A stretch of 64,000 nucleotides of DNA from a virus: positions 1-64,000 of the IMG/VR virus record IMGVR_UViG_3300042991_000159. One strand, written 5' to 3'. Positions 25,401-38,400 of this stretch are shown here, piece after piece. Positions within the stretch are counted from its first letter, which is position 1, and every line of letters begins with the position of its first letter. The translations under genes were made by a program, and so were the position numbers. The notes under the pieces are model-generated. The model was not told the DNA's origin. It was given only the letters and a program-made list of their open reading frames with translations, and made no database searches.

Positions 25401-26490
25401 TATTGGTTTCAGATATATCCAATACTTGCGAAGTTAAGAAACCTACATTTTCCATTGGTCCATCATAGTCATACTTTGCTTTACTCCCAAATGTAGATTT
25501 GAGTTTCCTATCCATAAGTTTATGTCTTTCTTCTAACAGTCTAAGATTGAATTCATCAGCACGTTTTTTCCAGTTTATAAATTGATCAGTAACTTCAGAT
25601 AAACCTTGAAACGCATCTTGAAATTCTTCAGAATCGTAAAAAATGTGTGGCTCATCTCCACTAAAATCACCGGCTCTTTGCCACACTTTAATTATTCTAG
25701 CAGCAATATCAAGGTCTTTGCCGGAAGGTTCTTCCTGAGAAAAAATAGAAGATAGAGTTTCCATATCTTCCTCAGCATATTCGTTTATATCATCAAGAAC
25801 ATTTAAATTTTCAAGTTTCAAAAGTGTTTTTTCAACATTCTCGATTTTATCATCAAGACGTTCCAATTGATCCGATATTTTAAGCTTTTCCTCGGCATCT
25901 ATGGCATTTTTCTTCTTGATCTTAAGCTCGGACCTCTTATTGAATAAAAGCTTTAAATCGGCTTGTTTTAACGTTATATAGTGTTGAAATTTTGGTCCCA
26001 TTCTTCTTTGAAAACCAGCAGGAAAATAAGAGGGTGGTATAAAATCACCCTCATCGTTAAATTGACCCGCTTCTCTTTCACTCTCAGAAGGAGTAAACTT
26101 CTTTTGAGACTTCTCTTCAACTAGGAATCCGTAACCTTCCATTTTTCTGCGTTGATCACGATCTTGTTGTGCCGCCTTATTTACAGGCATATAATTAAAT
26201 ACCAGTTCGGCAGTATAAGATTCAGCACCATAAGGTCTAAATTTTACATTATGGGAAGTGCCGTTTTTTTCATTATACCTGCGTATCTTCTCTTGAGTTC
26301 TAATTTTTTGATTATTAGAATAAGGACCACCGGTTAGACCAATCTTTCTTTTAAGTTCAGTCATACCGATAACAGGGGGAATATTATCATTATGAGCCAT
26401 GTAAGCTCTATATGCTTCTGTTTCATCTCCCAAATGAGCAACTAATGTTTTCCACTCTTTAGTGTTAGTGTTTGGACACTTATCAGTCAT
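22474..26490 (-). CDS. Large virion cargo/ejection protein
   Basis: 1338 aa, follows the virion RNAP; C-terminal QFR...EGRYRS-like region and a hydrophobic segment as in crAss-like cargo proteins. Confidence 0.7.
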   Translation of the reverse strand: MTDKCPNTNTKEWKTLVAHLGDETEAYRAYMAHNDNIPPVIGMTELKRKIGLTGGPYSNNQKIRTQEKIRRYNEKNGTSHNVKFRPYGAESYTAELVFNYMPVNKAAQQDRDQRRKMEGYGFLVEEKSQKKFTPSESEREAGQFNDEGDFIPPSYFPAGFQRRMGPKFQHYITLKQADLKLLFNKRSELKIKKKNAIDAEEKLKISDQLERLDDKIENVEKTLLKLENLNVLDDINEYAEEDMETLSSIFSQEEPSGKDLDIAARIIKVWQRAGDFSGDEPHIFYDSEEFQDAFQGLSEVTDQFINWKKRADEFNLRLLEERHKLMDRKLKSTFGSKAKYDYDGPMENVGFLTSQVLDISETNNILLQAMHAWVKDANYAAKLETDQVFAKLDSLIKATGLKNFDIFRQTQSNDDSRLTGEMVFRWTQSFFDWQSKIRNERDRAFASAYKQTDDRAAFEIIKRANRKFMGEQQKFTTVFDPRILFWDAELTNAPEPTQAQKEVHIAELKELLGEDGYKEYYDINEKKIRDYKIDRESRRKIAEGEYGENVAIIESYIEGWEIRNSPFLYAEAMEKGFDNVRPNGLHINPTNKYVRSVPKKIADGEDTGFHDQKFQQIQNNKSYLELYNFMFDLMKIMKLYLPHEKISFMQMNSIPILDQKLSEVITENGLLAGFSKSKDDLRKAVRADDLGTTATPEDRKDFQFQHLTNNRQKLKNYLELKDTSYRAENNGKSPDTELVDKWRKDYLNELAQEKSFDLGRIMKAFSAMAIGYNHRAAIEDQMRIADDIIRRGLEKRTNASGQDVRDKHKNLITEKGLENLRKMLDNFMEVAYWHYPSNRPEGASKKKILTEKEKELKTLLENSLKELDSLLEKEKIDQDTYDARSEVVREQLDVLGGVKIASKYGDILLKYIQLKGMGWNVFAAFANMGFGIMSNVIEASDGRNYSSKNFWKAQALVLNSVGRNYSFNTWNGLNGNAKKIRELMNKFDTLKEARNEIYKDTTPSMFKRVGKGLEWANPFSPQSRSEYFNQAPVMIAMMMEEKVTTADGKEISLWDAYETDGNLKDGVTIDEKKIFELKRRIDKLVKMNHGNYDPDSPLLVKRKFIGRALSQFRTWAYQGFAERFRAEFDDYQLINQKTGENFLNRKGRYRSYVAYYTAENNMNAISSTFNLTYQLLRKLVGFNTKFDDLIGEGFTETDAANMRKNMTEIFIFLLLTGLTLALKAAVDDDDDKNSKKKMAYIFMINQIGRLATDVQFYINPIEFERLARNAIPAFSVVVDAAKAIDSAMTLITEGAEGDILQSGPSKGKSRTWRDIQKLIPGPVQYQKLQSAADQVYKK

Positions 26491-26493
26491 ATC

Positions 26494-29400
26494 TTAACCT
26501 TTACATCGTTTAATTCTTTCTTCTACTTCTCTATCAGAAATTATAGCTCTTAAATTACTCGGAGCAATTCCTGCATCCCTATTACTTAAATAAATATTCT
26601 TTAACGCACCTTGATTAATTCTATCTTCATATACACCCATTCCTTCAATCTCCTGTCTTTTTGGTTGTACTGAATGTTGATACTCATGTTCCATAACAAA
26701 ATTCTTCCATTCTTCAAAGGTAGTAAAAGTATCCTCTTTTAGTGCCATTGCATATGTTCCATCTTTTTGTTTTCTAGGAGTAGTCCATGCTTTTTGATTA
26801 TATTTTTCAGAAAGCAAGTTAGTATTTATTTTAATGATATTTTTTTCTCTATCGTATTGAGCACCTCCCGGTTCTCCTGTAGCAGTCTGAAATTCACCTT
26901 CTTCAACTATCATTCCTCTATAAGTTTGTTTATTATCAGTAATGAGATCAAGAGTTTCGTATAAAGTATGTTCAAGAACACTACCTTCTACCACATCAAA
27001 ACCTATTACTTTTAATAAGTTAACTAATTTTTCTTTAATTGCATCCCAAAACGTTCTTTCTTTAGAGAAAGGAATATTATTAAGAAGTTTTTGAAACTCA
27101 GGATCGGTAAGAGCTTGAGATATAAATTCTTCAGTATTAGTAAATCCATAATAGGAACTAATTTCTGCTTCTGATACTTCACCACCTTTAGTTTTACTTT
27201 CAAAATTTTTAATAAATGTATCATATGCTTCTTTATGTTCAGGCGATTGAGTAATAACGTTTTTAGCTTTCTCTCTTAAATTATCAATAGACTCAATAAT
27301 TTTTCTTTCACGATCTGTTAAAGTTACCCCGGTAATTCTCTTAAATGCTTCAAATCTATCTTTTTCACCACTCTTTTCTAATGTATAATATCTTACTTTA
27401 TAACCAGTTAAAGCATGGAGTAATTCGTGTATAAATACTTTATTTACTTTATAAGCAGTATTAAATAGTTCTGAACTAAGAGTATCTTTATATAGAGTAA
27501 TATCATTTTCTCCATAATCTATTTGCCCAGCAGATAATCCAGTAGGAGAATTTAAAACACTAAGAGTAAACGATTGAGGTAAAACATCAACACTGTCAAA
27601 TATCTCTTGAGCAAGAGTGCTTTGATATTTATCATCTCCATAAGTAATAATTTCGTTTAATACACTTTTTATTTTCTCCTTACCATCTAAGAAAGTTAAT
27701 GATTTTTGCTTACCGTTCTTAAGATCATTCAGCAGATTATCTCTACCCTTGCGTGAAGCTATTCTACCACCTTCGGGTATAGGTTCACCCGGAGCTGGAT
27801 TCGTAGGATTCTTAGTTTTAGAAGACTTTTTATTTCTTTCAATAAGAGATACTTGATCGTAAGTATTTCTATTATACTCACTTGCACCAAATATTCCAAG
27901 TCTATCAATTTCTTTATAGCTCTGCGATCTTGTATCAAATTTAAATAATTTAATTCCTGTCTTACCTCTAAAAGTAACATATGCGGGAGAACGCATTTGA
28001 AAAGAAACAAGTTTACCAATAACATCTATAACTTCTTGTTTAAGAGTAAATCCATCTTTTACTTTAATAATGTCTTCTTCGGTAACACTCGAAAGTCTCT
28101 CAGGATGATGCTGAAAATATTGTTGCACAAATGTTGGTATATTATAATACTCATCTACGTCATCATTCATTACAGAAATTTCTAAATCTCTTGCAAGAAA
28201 TCTCTGATCAGCCAAATTTTTCATAAACGGTATATTAGCAAGATAGGTTGCAGGAATATATTTCACAAATTGAATAGCTTCCTGAATACCACCTGTAATA
28301 TAAGAATACAAAATCAGGTCTTGTGCAAGTTCTTTTAATGAATAACTATTTCCATTAAATGTAGTAATAATAGGACTATTACCATCACTATCTTCAGCCT
28401 GAAGCATTTCAATAAATGATCCATACATAGCAGTCTCGTCAGGGTCTTCGGCTTTAGAAGCGTTAAATGTTACGAGAGAAGGATCACCGTTTTTTTGAGG
28501 TTCCCCCTCTAACTGGGAAAGGAAAGGATGTGCTTTGCCAAACTCAGTTTTTTTGATTTTTCTAAGTACGGTTGCAAGGGATTCTTTAGTATTATTTCCA
28601 TTTTCATCCCATTTATCATATAGAAGTCTCTCACGTTCCTGAGTGATCGTAGAATCATGAAGACCAAGACTTTCATCAGCATAGAAGAACGATTTCATTT
28701 CTTTCCAAACTGCTAGTCTTCTATTAGCTTTATCGGCTACTTGAACCTCGTTCGATCCCGCACCAATTTCTTCTATCTTATTAAACATTGCTTCTATTCC
28801 TGACTGTTTATAAGGAAATAATACTGACCAAAGATCATTATTAGTGAATAGTCCATGTACAATAGCCTGACCGTTGATATTAGAAGGTTTCACATAATAT
28901 ACTTTCCCACCATGTCTTCTAAATATATATCCTTCAGCTTCAAGTTTTTTTACTTGATCGGCTTTAGGATTTTTTACAATATCTCCTATTAATAATTCAG
29001 CATTAAGTACGGGAGAAGCAAGAAGATCGAAAACTTGATCTTCTTTAAGTTGAGATTCCATAACAGATTTACCAAGTCCCGCACTGTCAGGATTAATAGT
29101 TGACTGAAGAGTTTGAATAACTTTTCCTAAGTCATTAATATAGACAAACTTATGCAAGAATAATCTCTGAGCCATAGCATAGTTAGGTTCAGCAGCACCA
29201 TTCTTAATATAAGCTCTCATTTGAGCAGGGGTAGCTTTCTCGTGTGCAAGTTCAGAATTAAATTCTTCATCGTCTCTAACCTGATACTTATCCATAGCAA
29301 AAACATTCGTTTTTGCCACTTCCTCTTTATTAGGAATATAACCTGTAAGAGAACTACCGAGTCTATCAAGTTCCTTTACATAATCTACAATTATATCTTG

Positions 29401-32400
29401 AGAAATAAACAAAGGTACTTCTTCTCCAAATCCTAATTGGTTCAGAATTTTGATAACTTTGAATGTATGGTTATTTATGTTTAGTTTATCCAGAATCTGT
29501 TCTTTTTCATTATCTACAGCCGCAGATTGATAACCAGCAATAATATCTGACTTATATGTTTTACCATCTAATGCAAGTTCTTCTGAAAGATTACCTTTAG
29601 ATGTTAACTTTCCAAAAGTAATTTCAAGAGGAATTAGATTCCCGTCTTCATCACGATCACGTATAACCAAATCTTTACCTTGAGCAATAGTATTGAACAT
29701 ACTGTCAAGAGAGAATACACCTACACCGGCTTTACCAGCAGTAGCGTTCTTGAACTTGTCCCTTTGATACTTGTCAGAGAGACCAGTAAACATTTTACGA
29801 GAACCAGCTTGTTGTAATGAAGCAAGTTTAAATTGCAAGTATTCAAATGTTTTAGGAGCCTTTTCTTTTAATTTAGCTAAACCTGTACCGAATCCGTCTT
29901 CTGGTATGACTATAGTTCTACCTTCAGGAATAGAATCAAATGCTTCATTTATATATAACGTGTTTTCTTCATACTCGTCGTCCGTAAAGAACGAATCCTT
30001 ATCCATAGAAGGTTTCTTCTTTGTCGGTATGCCTAACGCATTAGGTTCTCCACGCATTTCTTTTGCTTGACCGTCTAATCCTGTTTTTTCTAAGTTGTCT
30101 CCAAAAAGATATAGTTTGTCTGGATTATTCTTTAAATCTTGTCTCGAAATAAACTTTTGAGTTATGACACGAATTTGTCCTGTGTCAGCACGAGCTTCGT
30201 GTAAATCAACCACTTCCTCTGCAAGTTCTTTTAACTTCCAGAAACCTAGAGGATTAGCTATTTGAGCTTGTACTTCTACAGCAGGATTGGAATGAATAGC
30301 AATATGAGTATCAATTATCTTATTTTGTAGAGCAGCAGAACGATCTTCACCCTCTTCTCTTCTTTGTACTTTGATATTACCTTTCGAATCAGTATAAGTA
30401 TTGTACATATACGTGTACAATTTGTCAACATCAAAATCGGAACCCATTTGTACAACATAATCTTTTGTAGCAATCAGTAAATCACCAGATGATTCAGGAA
30501 GAAAACCGACAATTTCAATCCAAGACTGAGAATTCGGACCCTGATTAGGTATTCTCATACCAAATAGTTGTAACACTTCCGGTAACACCTTAGAGGAATC
30601 GAGAACTAAAGTTCCATTAACTTTAGTTACATAGTCTTCCATTTTTAGAAGATTGCCTCTCTTGTCCTTGAATTTCCAAGGTACAAGTGCTTGAGCAGGT
30701 AGTCTTATACCATTTTCTTCACGTGCAGGAAGTAATTTCCCTGTCCATTTACTTGTATAAATGATACCCGCCTGAGTTGTTTTCCTTTTCTCTTCTTTCT
30801 CAGAAAGAGTTTGAAAACCTTCCTCTGATCCCAGAACATAAGATTTTCCCGGCATTTTAAGTCTAATAACTCTATTTGTAACGATAGAATTAAGCAGAGC
30901 TTCATATTTATTAGAAGATGGTGAGAATGCAAGAAAATCAAGCTCATCATCAAGCTGAATCATTTCCTGATCAGAGATAGGATAGTTTCTGCTTTTAGCT
31001 TCTTCTAAAAGTATTCTTCTCAGTTCATTTCTGTTATATGATTCAGTTTTTGGATTCCATTGAAGTTCATCAAGTAGTTTTTGTTTTTCAATCTCATGTA
31101 ATTGATTGAATACTTTATGATATTCTTCCTGAAAAGTTGCACCATCAATCTCTTTACCGTCGTTTATCCAAGGTACTTTGAATCCGCCTACATTTAACAT
31201 ATTCACAAACAGGTTCTTAGAAGCCTGAGTTACTTTAGTGATTTCATTAACCGATTTTTCAGGTATTTTTTGTTGAATCCTGAATCCTTTTCTTTCAAGT
31301 TGAGTCTTTTTACCCGTAAAAGAAATTTCATCAGCCTTTATAATTTTGCCATCTTCACCAAAAATATTCAATGGATCAATTATATTACCTACTTTAACAG
31401 CAGTACTATATGCAACTCTATCAATTCCTTGATTTTCCATAGCAATACGAAGATTCTCAAGATCAGTTCCTCTTGTAAGTTGAGGTAATAAAGGAAAAGA
31501 AGAAGATTTAATATAGATTCTTTTCTCTACATCGTCTGCTTCATCTATTTTATTATCAACATACACAGGCTTCATAGGTTGCATTACTTTACCTAAAAGT
31601 TTCTTACTAACAATATCCTTGTTATTAGATAGAGCAAAGTATGCTTCATTATACTCTTCATCAGAAAGTTCACCTGATTGTTTCATAACATAGAGATGTT
31701 CCTTCCATGTAGTATATTCTTGAGCGTCAGCACTATCAAATGAATAGTAACGTTCACTGTTTAATCCTTTAATAGTTTTCTTTAATTCGCTTGGATTTTT
31801 AGTTGCTTTTACTTTATCATATGCTTCTTGTCCATCTAACAGTTTAGTTATCTGGAACGCTGCTTCAGATTTAGACTTTGGATCAGCTATGAATCCCTGT
31901 ACGTATCTGTTTTCATTAGCACCTGCAAGTTCATAACCGGGAGCAATATCACCAGCTAAACGTTTCCCAATATTAATATAGGTAGCTTTTGCATCAGCTA
32001 CGAAATCATAATCTTTATCGGTTCTACTTTTATTCTCATTAACTTTAGCTTGTTTGTAATATAAAGCAGGATCACCAGTAAATGTCATAGCTATTTCAGC
32101 ATTAGCTATAAGATATTGAAATACCATATCTGTAGCAGCTCCACGTATTCTATTCTTCTGATCTACACCATTCAGAGGATTATGTTTTTTAGCAAGAGAA
32201 CCACTCATATATTCACTATTCATATAATCATTGTTTCCCTCTCCAATACCTTCCATTTTCCATTCCGCTTGTTTCTCATCTACAAGACTTAGAACATATT
32301 CCTTAATCTTATTTTTAATAGCATCTTTAACTTTACCATCTAATCTTATATCCGGATTAAGTTCCCCACCAATAAATACATCAGGAATAGTATTTATTTC

Positions 32401-35400
32401 AGGAAGAAATAGAAATTGTCCTGCTCCTTTAGAGTATCCTTCTACATTAGGTGTATTTCCGTTTTTTCTTTTTAATTCAAATGATTTAATTCTTCTGATT
32501 TCTGGTTCCACAAGAACATCATATAACGTTTCAATAGATTCATCAGTAAGATTCCCCTCTCTATCCATAGTAAGATCACGTGCTAATACACGTAATCCCA
32601 TAATAGTAGTCTTATCAGATGTAGTAGGATAGAGAATTTGAATAACTCTGTTACCTTCGTTTTTATTGTCTGTATAAGAAGCTTGTAACATACCGATTTT
32701 GGCTAATTCTATCTCACCCTGAGATAGTTTACCCATTTCAGCATTATCACGACTCTTAGCTTTCATTTTCTTTAGAGGTTCTAACGAGAATATCCATCTG
32801 TCAAAATTAGCTGTAAACGCATTATCCCCTCCATTTTCTTTGAGTAAATCAATCCATTGAGATGCACCATTAAAAGAAAGTTCAGATAATTGATCAATAA
32901 GAGGATTAGTTCCGTTCTTAAAGTCTTTCATCTCTCTCACACGATTAATCATGTATTTATTTTGCCCATAAGAATATACAGTCTTGTTACCAGTACGATG
33001 TGAATTACTATAACTATAAGCAGCGTACATAGCTTCATGTTTAGCAAGATTTTTTACTACTCCTTCAGTAATAAGTCTATTACCGCTTATTAAAGAAGCA
33101 TCTTGTCTTGTATGAATGTTGCTTGCTAGTACATGAAATAATCCACCTTTCATCATTTGATTCTTCAGGCTTACTTTCTTTCCATAACGTTTAACTTCAC
33201 CTGCAATCAAATCTCTAAATGTTTCATTAGTTAACGTGATACCAAGTTCTTGTAACCACTGTCTCATTTCGTTTGCATGAACAATAGGATTAGGTGATTC
33301 AGTCCATTTTTGGAAGGTTTCCCAGAGACGATCACGATCAGTTTCTGCTAGAACATAGTCAGTAGCATCATTAGGATTCCTTACAGCAGTATTAACAATA
33401 AGGTTTACATACCAATCACGTAATACCACATCTGCAATAGCACTAGCGTTAGATTGTTGTTCAACAAGCTCCCATTCTCCTTTATAATTTTGACCCCACA
33501 TCACGAATCTCATATTCACATCATGATTAGTCATACCTACAACGAACTGGTTTTTAATTTGCTGTGGTGCTCCTTCCAGTTTACTTACAAATTCTTTCAT
33601 AAACGGAAATGTTTTCATCGTTTCGGAATCATTAGCTATCCTACGTAATTCAAACATTATCTCATCAAAATCTGGTTTTTTGTTAGCAGTAAGTCTTTGT
33701 ACAATATTATATAGTTCTTGGAAAGTCATGGTTTCTGACAATCCTAAATAATTCTTAGATGGAACAACTTTTCCTGTATGATCTACTTTGAACTTTCTAA
33801 TACCTGACATGAACCACTTAATTTCAGAAGCAAGACCTCTTACCGGATTTAGTGTAATAACATCCCCCCAACCGTCATTTTCATTAGTAGCTTCTTTTTC
33901 TTCTGTAGTCTTATCTTCTTCCTCATCTCCCGGTTTAATTGTAATATCATCTATTCTAGTAAGTTGATCGTCAGTAAGAGCAACAAGTTTAGACCAGTTA
34001 TTAAGTATTAGATTGAACTCATTAAGAGCAGTCTGGTGTCTTGCAATTAATTCTTCATCACCAATAACTTTAGCTTTAGCTAAATTTCTTTCAGCTTTAT
34101 CCCTATTGGATTCAAACATCTTCTTAATAGTACCATATATTTTACCCGTCTGAACTTTCTTTTGTTTATATAAAGTTTCAACAAGTTTGGCTCTCATATA
34201 ATCCGTAACTTGTCTTTGTTTTGCCGCACCCATATCAGCAATAATAACACCCTTAAGTTCACCATCTTCAACAGTAACGTCAGCATCTTTTTTCATTCTT
34301 GCAAGAGCATCTTTATCTAAAGGAGCAGCTATATTGGCGGTAAAGTCAGTATCTTGTGGGTTCATGTCCTCATCATAGTCTTCAAATCCTGTAGGATTCT
34401 CAGGCTTAATATCTTGAGGCTTCTCTCTTGCCTTTTTTTTCTCAGCAGTTTGTTTCTTTTTTTCTTCATAAGTAATCATCTCCCCCTCTGCATAATACAT
34501 ACCTGCAATAATTGGTTCAAGTTCATCTTTTCGCTCCGGAGTAGTATTTGGGTCATTCCATTCTTTTAGTAATCTCTTAAACTTTTCAATCTCCGTTTCC
34601 TCGGTCTCTTCTTCTATCGCACTAAAATCCATTTCAATAACGGGTTGACTTGTATATACATAATTAGGATTCTTTTCTGTTCCTATATTGAAAGAAATAA
34701 AAGGAATCTTACTAGTATTCTTAGTATGCTCATTATAAGACATTGAAGTCACATTACCTTCAGTATCAATGTAAATAGCTTTATCCTGAGTATTTTCCAA
34801 ATTGGTTTGGAGATACATATTACTTAATTTTTCACGTATCTTTTCGAGACGAACAGTTTGTTCATTTGGTGAATGTTTGGAAATCCAATCTTTATTAATA
34901 AACGTTCTGCCTATTCCTTGTCCACGAGAAATTTGGAAGTTCACATCATTTTCTCTACGTTTCATAGAGGTAAAAACCGTTCTACTTTGTTTATTACCTG
35001 TATTTTCTGCTAAAAAAATTTTTAAGTCTGAACTTTCACCAATATCGTAGTTATTAATAAACATTTGTAAATAATCTGTAATACCTTGAGGAGTAGTAAT
35101 GTTAATAGTATTATTACTTTCTTTTAAAATACCATCAACGATCTTATTAGATTTCTCATCATTTTTTTCATAATAGAAAATTTCTAATGCGGTCATCATA
35201 CCTTCCAGAATCTGTTCGTGTTCTGAAACTTTGTCCATAAGCAAAGGAATAGCTATCTCCTGATCTATTCCAATAGGAATCATAATATAAGTAACACCTT
35301 CTTGTGGTTCTGTTTTATTTAAAAGTTTACCTCCTTTATAATCTGTATTTCTATCAGTTACATAGTTTCCTTTACGCCCAACTACGATAGGTAAGGATTT

Positions 35401-38400
35401 CTCCGGCATTGCTTGGCTGGTTTTAATATTCCCGTCTACTGATCTTTGTAGATATCCTGTAGTCTTCTTGCTAATCTTAGTATCAAATGTTTTATTCTTA
35501 AGCATATATCTACGGATAGTTCTATTACGATCTTTATCTTGAGCAACATTACCCGATATGTTTTTTTCGTTAATCCATATTGTTTCGTGTAGATAACCAA
35601 TTTTTTTACCATTAGAATAAACAGCAATAGGAGTTTGTTCAAGTATCTTTTCTTTTATCTGCTCAGTAGTAAGTTTAGGATCAGCATTCCATTTAGCTAT
35701 TTTAGCACCCCAAGTAGTTATTTCACCCGTATCTTCATCATAAACTCTATTATTTTCATTATCATCTATTTCAAGTCTAACTTTATCTCCTACTTTAAAT
35801 TGATGTTGATCAAGAAGTTCTGGTACAAGCATATCAGCATTAATAGCATCTTCTATGTCTTCTTTAGAAGCAAGACCTTTTTTAAACTTGTTGATATATT
35901 TTCTTGCAAGATATGCAAGTTTAGTAGCCCCCGATCTAACTCTAAGATAATCTGTCTTAATGTTATTTTCACTTGGGTCTTCATCTATATTCTTTCCGTT
36001 AATTACTACATCAATCTGATCTTGAGCATTTTTAATTTGCTCATTAGTATTGTCTGTATATTGAGTTTTAGTACTCACGTTACCATGAGAATTTTGTCCG
36101 TCTATTTCTCTTCGTTCATCAACAGTGGGTTTAATAAACTTATTAAAATCTCCTATAATCTGGTAGTTGGGATATATTATTTTATATGCTTCTTCGAGTG
36201 CGGGAAAAGCATTTTCGGTAGCAACAACTCCTACTCTATCAATCATTTCGTCAACTACATCCTCGATACTTACACCTAGACTATTTTTAGCTGTCTTTGT
36301 AAGATTTATTAAGGTGTTGGTTAAAGATACCTTATCTGAACCTTCTAGTGTAAGATTAGTAGTGGCATCATTAAATTCTGAATCAAGTTGTAATTTTCTT
36401 TTCTCTTGTTCTATTTGATCTGCTGGAATATCAGTTACATCCTTATCTTCAGGAATTTGAGCATCGGCTGCTGCTTCAACATCAAACATATCTGGTGTTT
36501 CATCCTCTACTATACCTGCTTCTTCAGCTTGTTGTTCAGCTTGTTGTTCAATTTTATCTTTTTTTTCAGCCTGACGTTCTTTATCAACTTTATCTTTCTT
36601 TTCCGCTTTTTTTCTTTTGGTTTCAACTTCTTCTTCTTTTCTTTCTCTCTTAACTTTATCTTTAAGGTCTTTTATAATTTTCTCTTGTTGCTCTTTTTTA
36701 TCTTTAACTTTCTTTCTTTCCTTTATCTGAGTTTCAGGAGAAATCATAAATTTATAAGCTACATCAAGTTCGTTTAGATTTTCAGTCAAAGTTTCTAATG
36801 TCTTATTATATTCAGTTAATCTATCTTCCATTTGAGGATCACGATTCTCTTGAAATTCAAGGTCTGCTTCAATTTCATCTCTAACTCGTCTTACTTCATT
36901 AATATCCTGTTGTAGAGACTGTCTATTCTCACGATTAAAGAATATATCTGCTTGATTTTCATAACGACCATACCTATTATAATCGCTTTCCATTCTCTGA
37001 AGTTCTCTAAGTTGAATTTCAGCTTGTTCTTTATAATTATTATCCCAACCATTAGCTTTAGCTTCTTCAGGTGTAGTGTTAGCTACATCTTGAAGATCAC
37101 GTTCAAGTTTTTCAGTAGTTCCTTTTTGGAAGTTTTCTTTAGCTATCATACGAAATACGGACTTCTTAACTATTTCAGCAAAGTTATCTTTTCCTGTTGC
37201 ATATGATTCTGCTTTAAGAGCTTCAGCTTGAGCTAACCAAGAAAGTTTCTGATTTACAAATTGTTTATTAGCTTCAATTTGTTCTTGTTGTTCTTGATAT
37301 CTTGCCGCATATTGTTTTTTAGAACTAGGTGCTAAATTACCACTAACAGCTTCAGTAAAAACACGTTGTGGACCACCACCAAATACACCCATCAGACCTT
37401 CAAGAAGAGCTTGGTCTGATGTAGCGAATTGAATTACTCTCTGAGTTAAATCTTCAGGAATATCAGATACGTCTAATCCTGCTTCTTTTCTGGATTGATA
37501 CTGACCTTCCATCTGAATTATATTTTGACCAATTTCTTCAGCACCTTCCTTAGCACCTTGAATTAATAGATTATCAGTAGAAAGTGTGCCAAATCTTTTT
37601 GCCCAAGTAGTTAAATTCTTTTCTTTTAATAGATTACGAGTAACCCCTTTGGCTTTAAATATACCATGAAGTCCTATTGCATCTGTAAGAGCAAATACTT
37701 TATTACGATTGATAAACTGGTTTGCTTTTTCACCAGCAATCGTTTCAAATTCTTTTAACTTATCTGTTTCTAACTGAAGATTAGTAATCTGTTCAGCTTT
37801 TTGTATAAGCTCTTCCTTGCTCATCTCAGGATTAAGAGCTTGTTGTTCATTATAATTTTGTTCAAAAAGACCTTGTTGCATTTGTCCCATAGAGTTTTCA
37901 AATTGCTCTATAGCCATCATTTTACCTTCAGCAAAATTTGTAATATAACCAGAAACTCCTGAATTGATTGCTTGTGCTATTTTAGGATTTTGACCTATCA
38001 TACTAAGATATTTGTCAAGTCTAGCCGATCTTTGAACAAATTTATTAACTCTTGTTAGTTCTGCACCAAGTTTTATACCTTTCTGAACAGCACCTATACC
38101 TTTAGATACGGCCATACCGGGAATAGCAAAACCTACAGCACTGTCAAGTATTCCTTTGAGAGAAGAGAAATAGAAGCCGGGATCAGACCAATCAAATACT
38201 TGATCCGTCTCTCTGTGAATAGGCATAGCTTGTTCCAGACCCTTCTTAGCGTCTTCCATTACTTGAGAAAAAGCATTAGTATCTACTTCTTCAAGTCCTT
38301 GTAAACGTTTGATATTATTGTCAAAGTCAAGAAGATAACCAACATCCTCTAAAGCAGTAAGCGCACCTGAAGCGATACCACCAACAATAGCATTGAAAGC

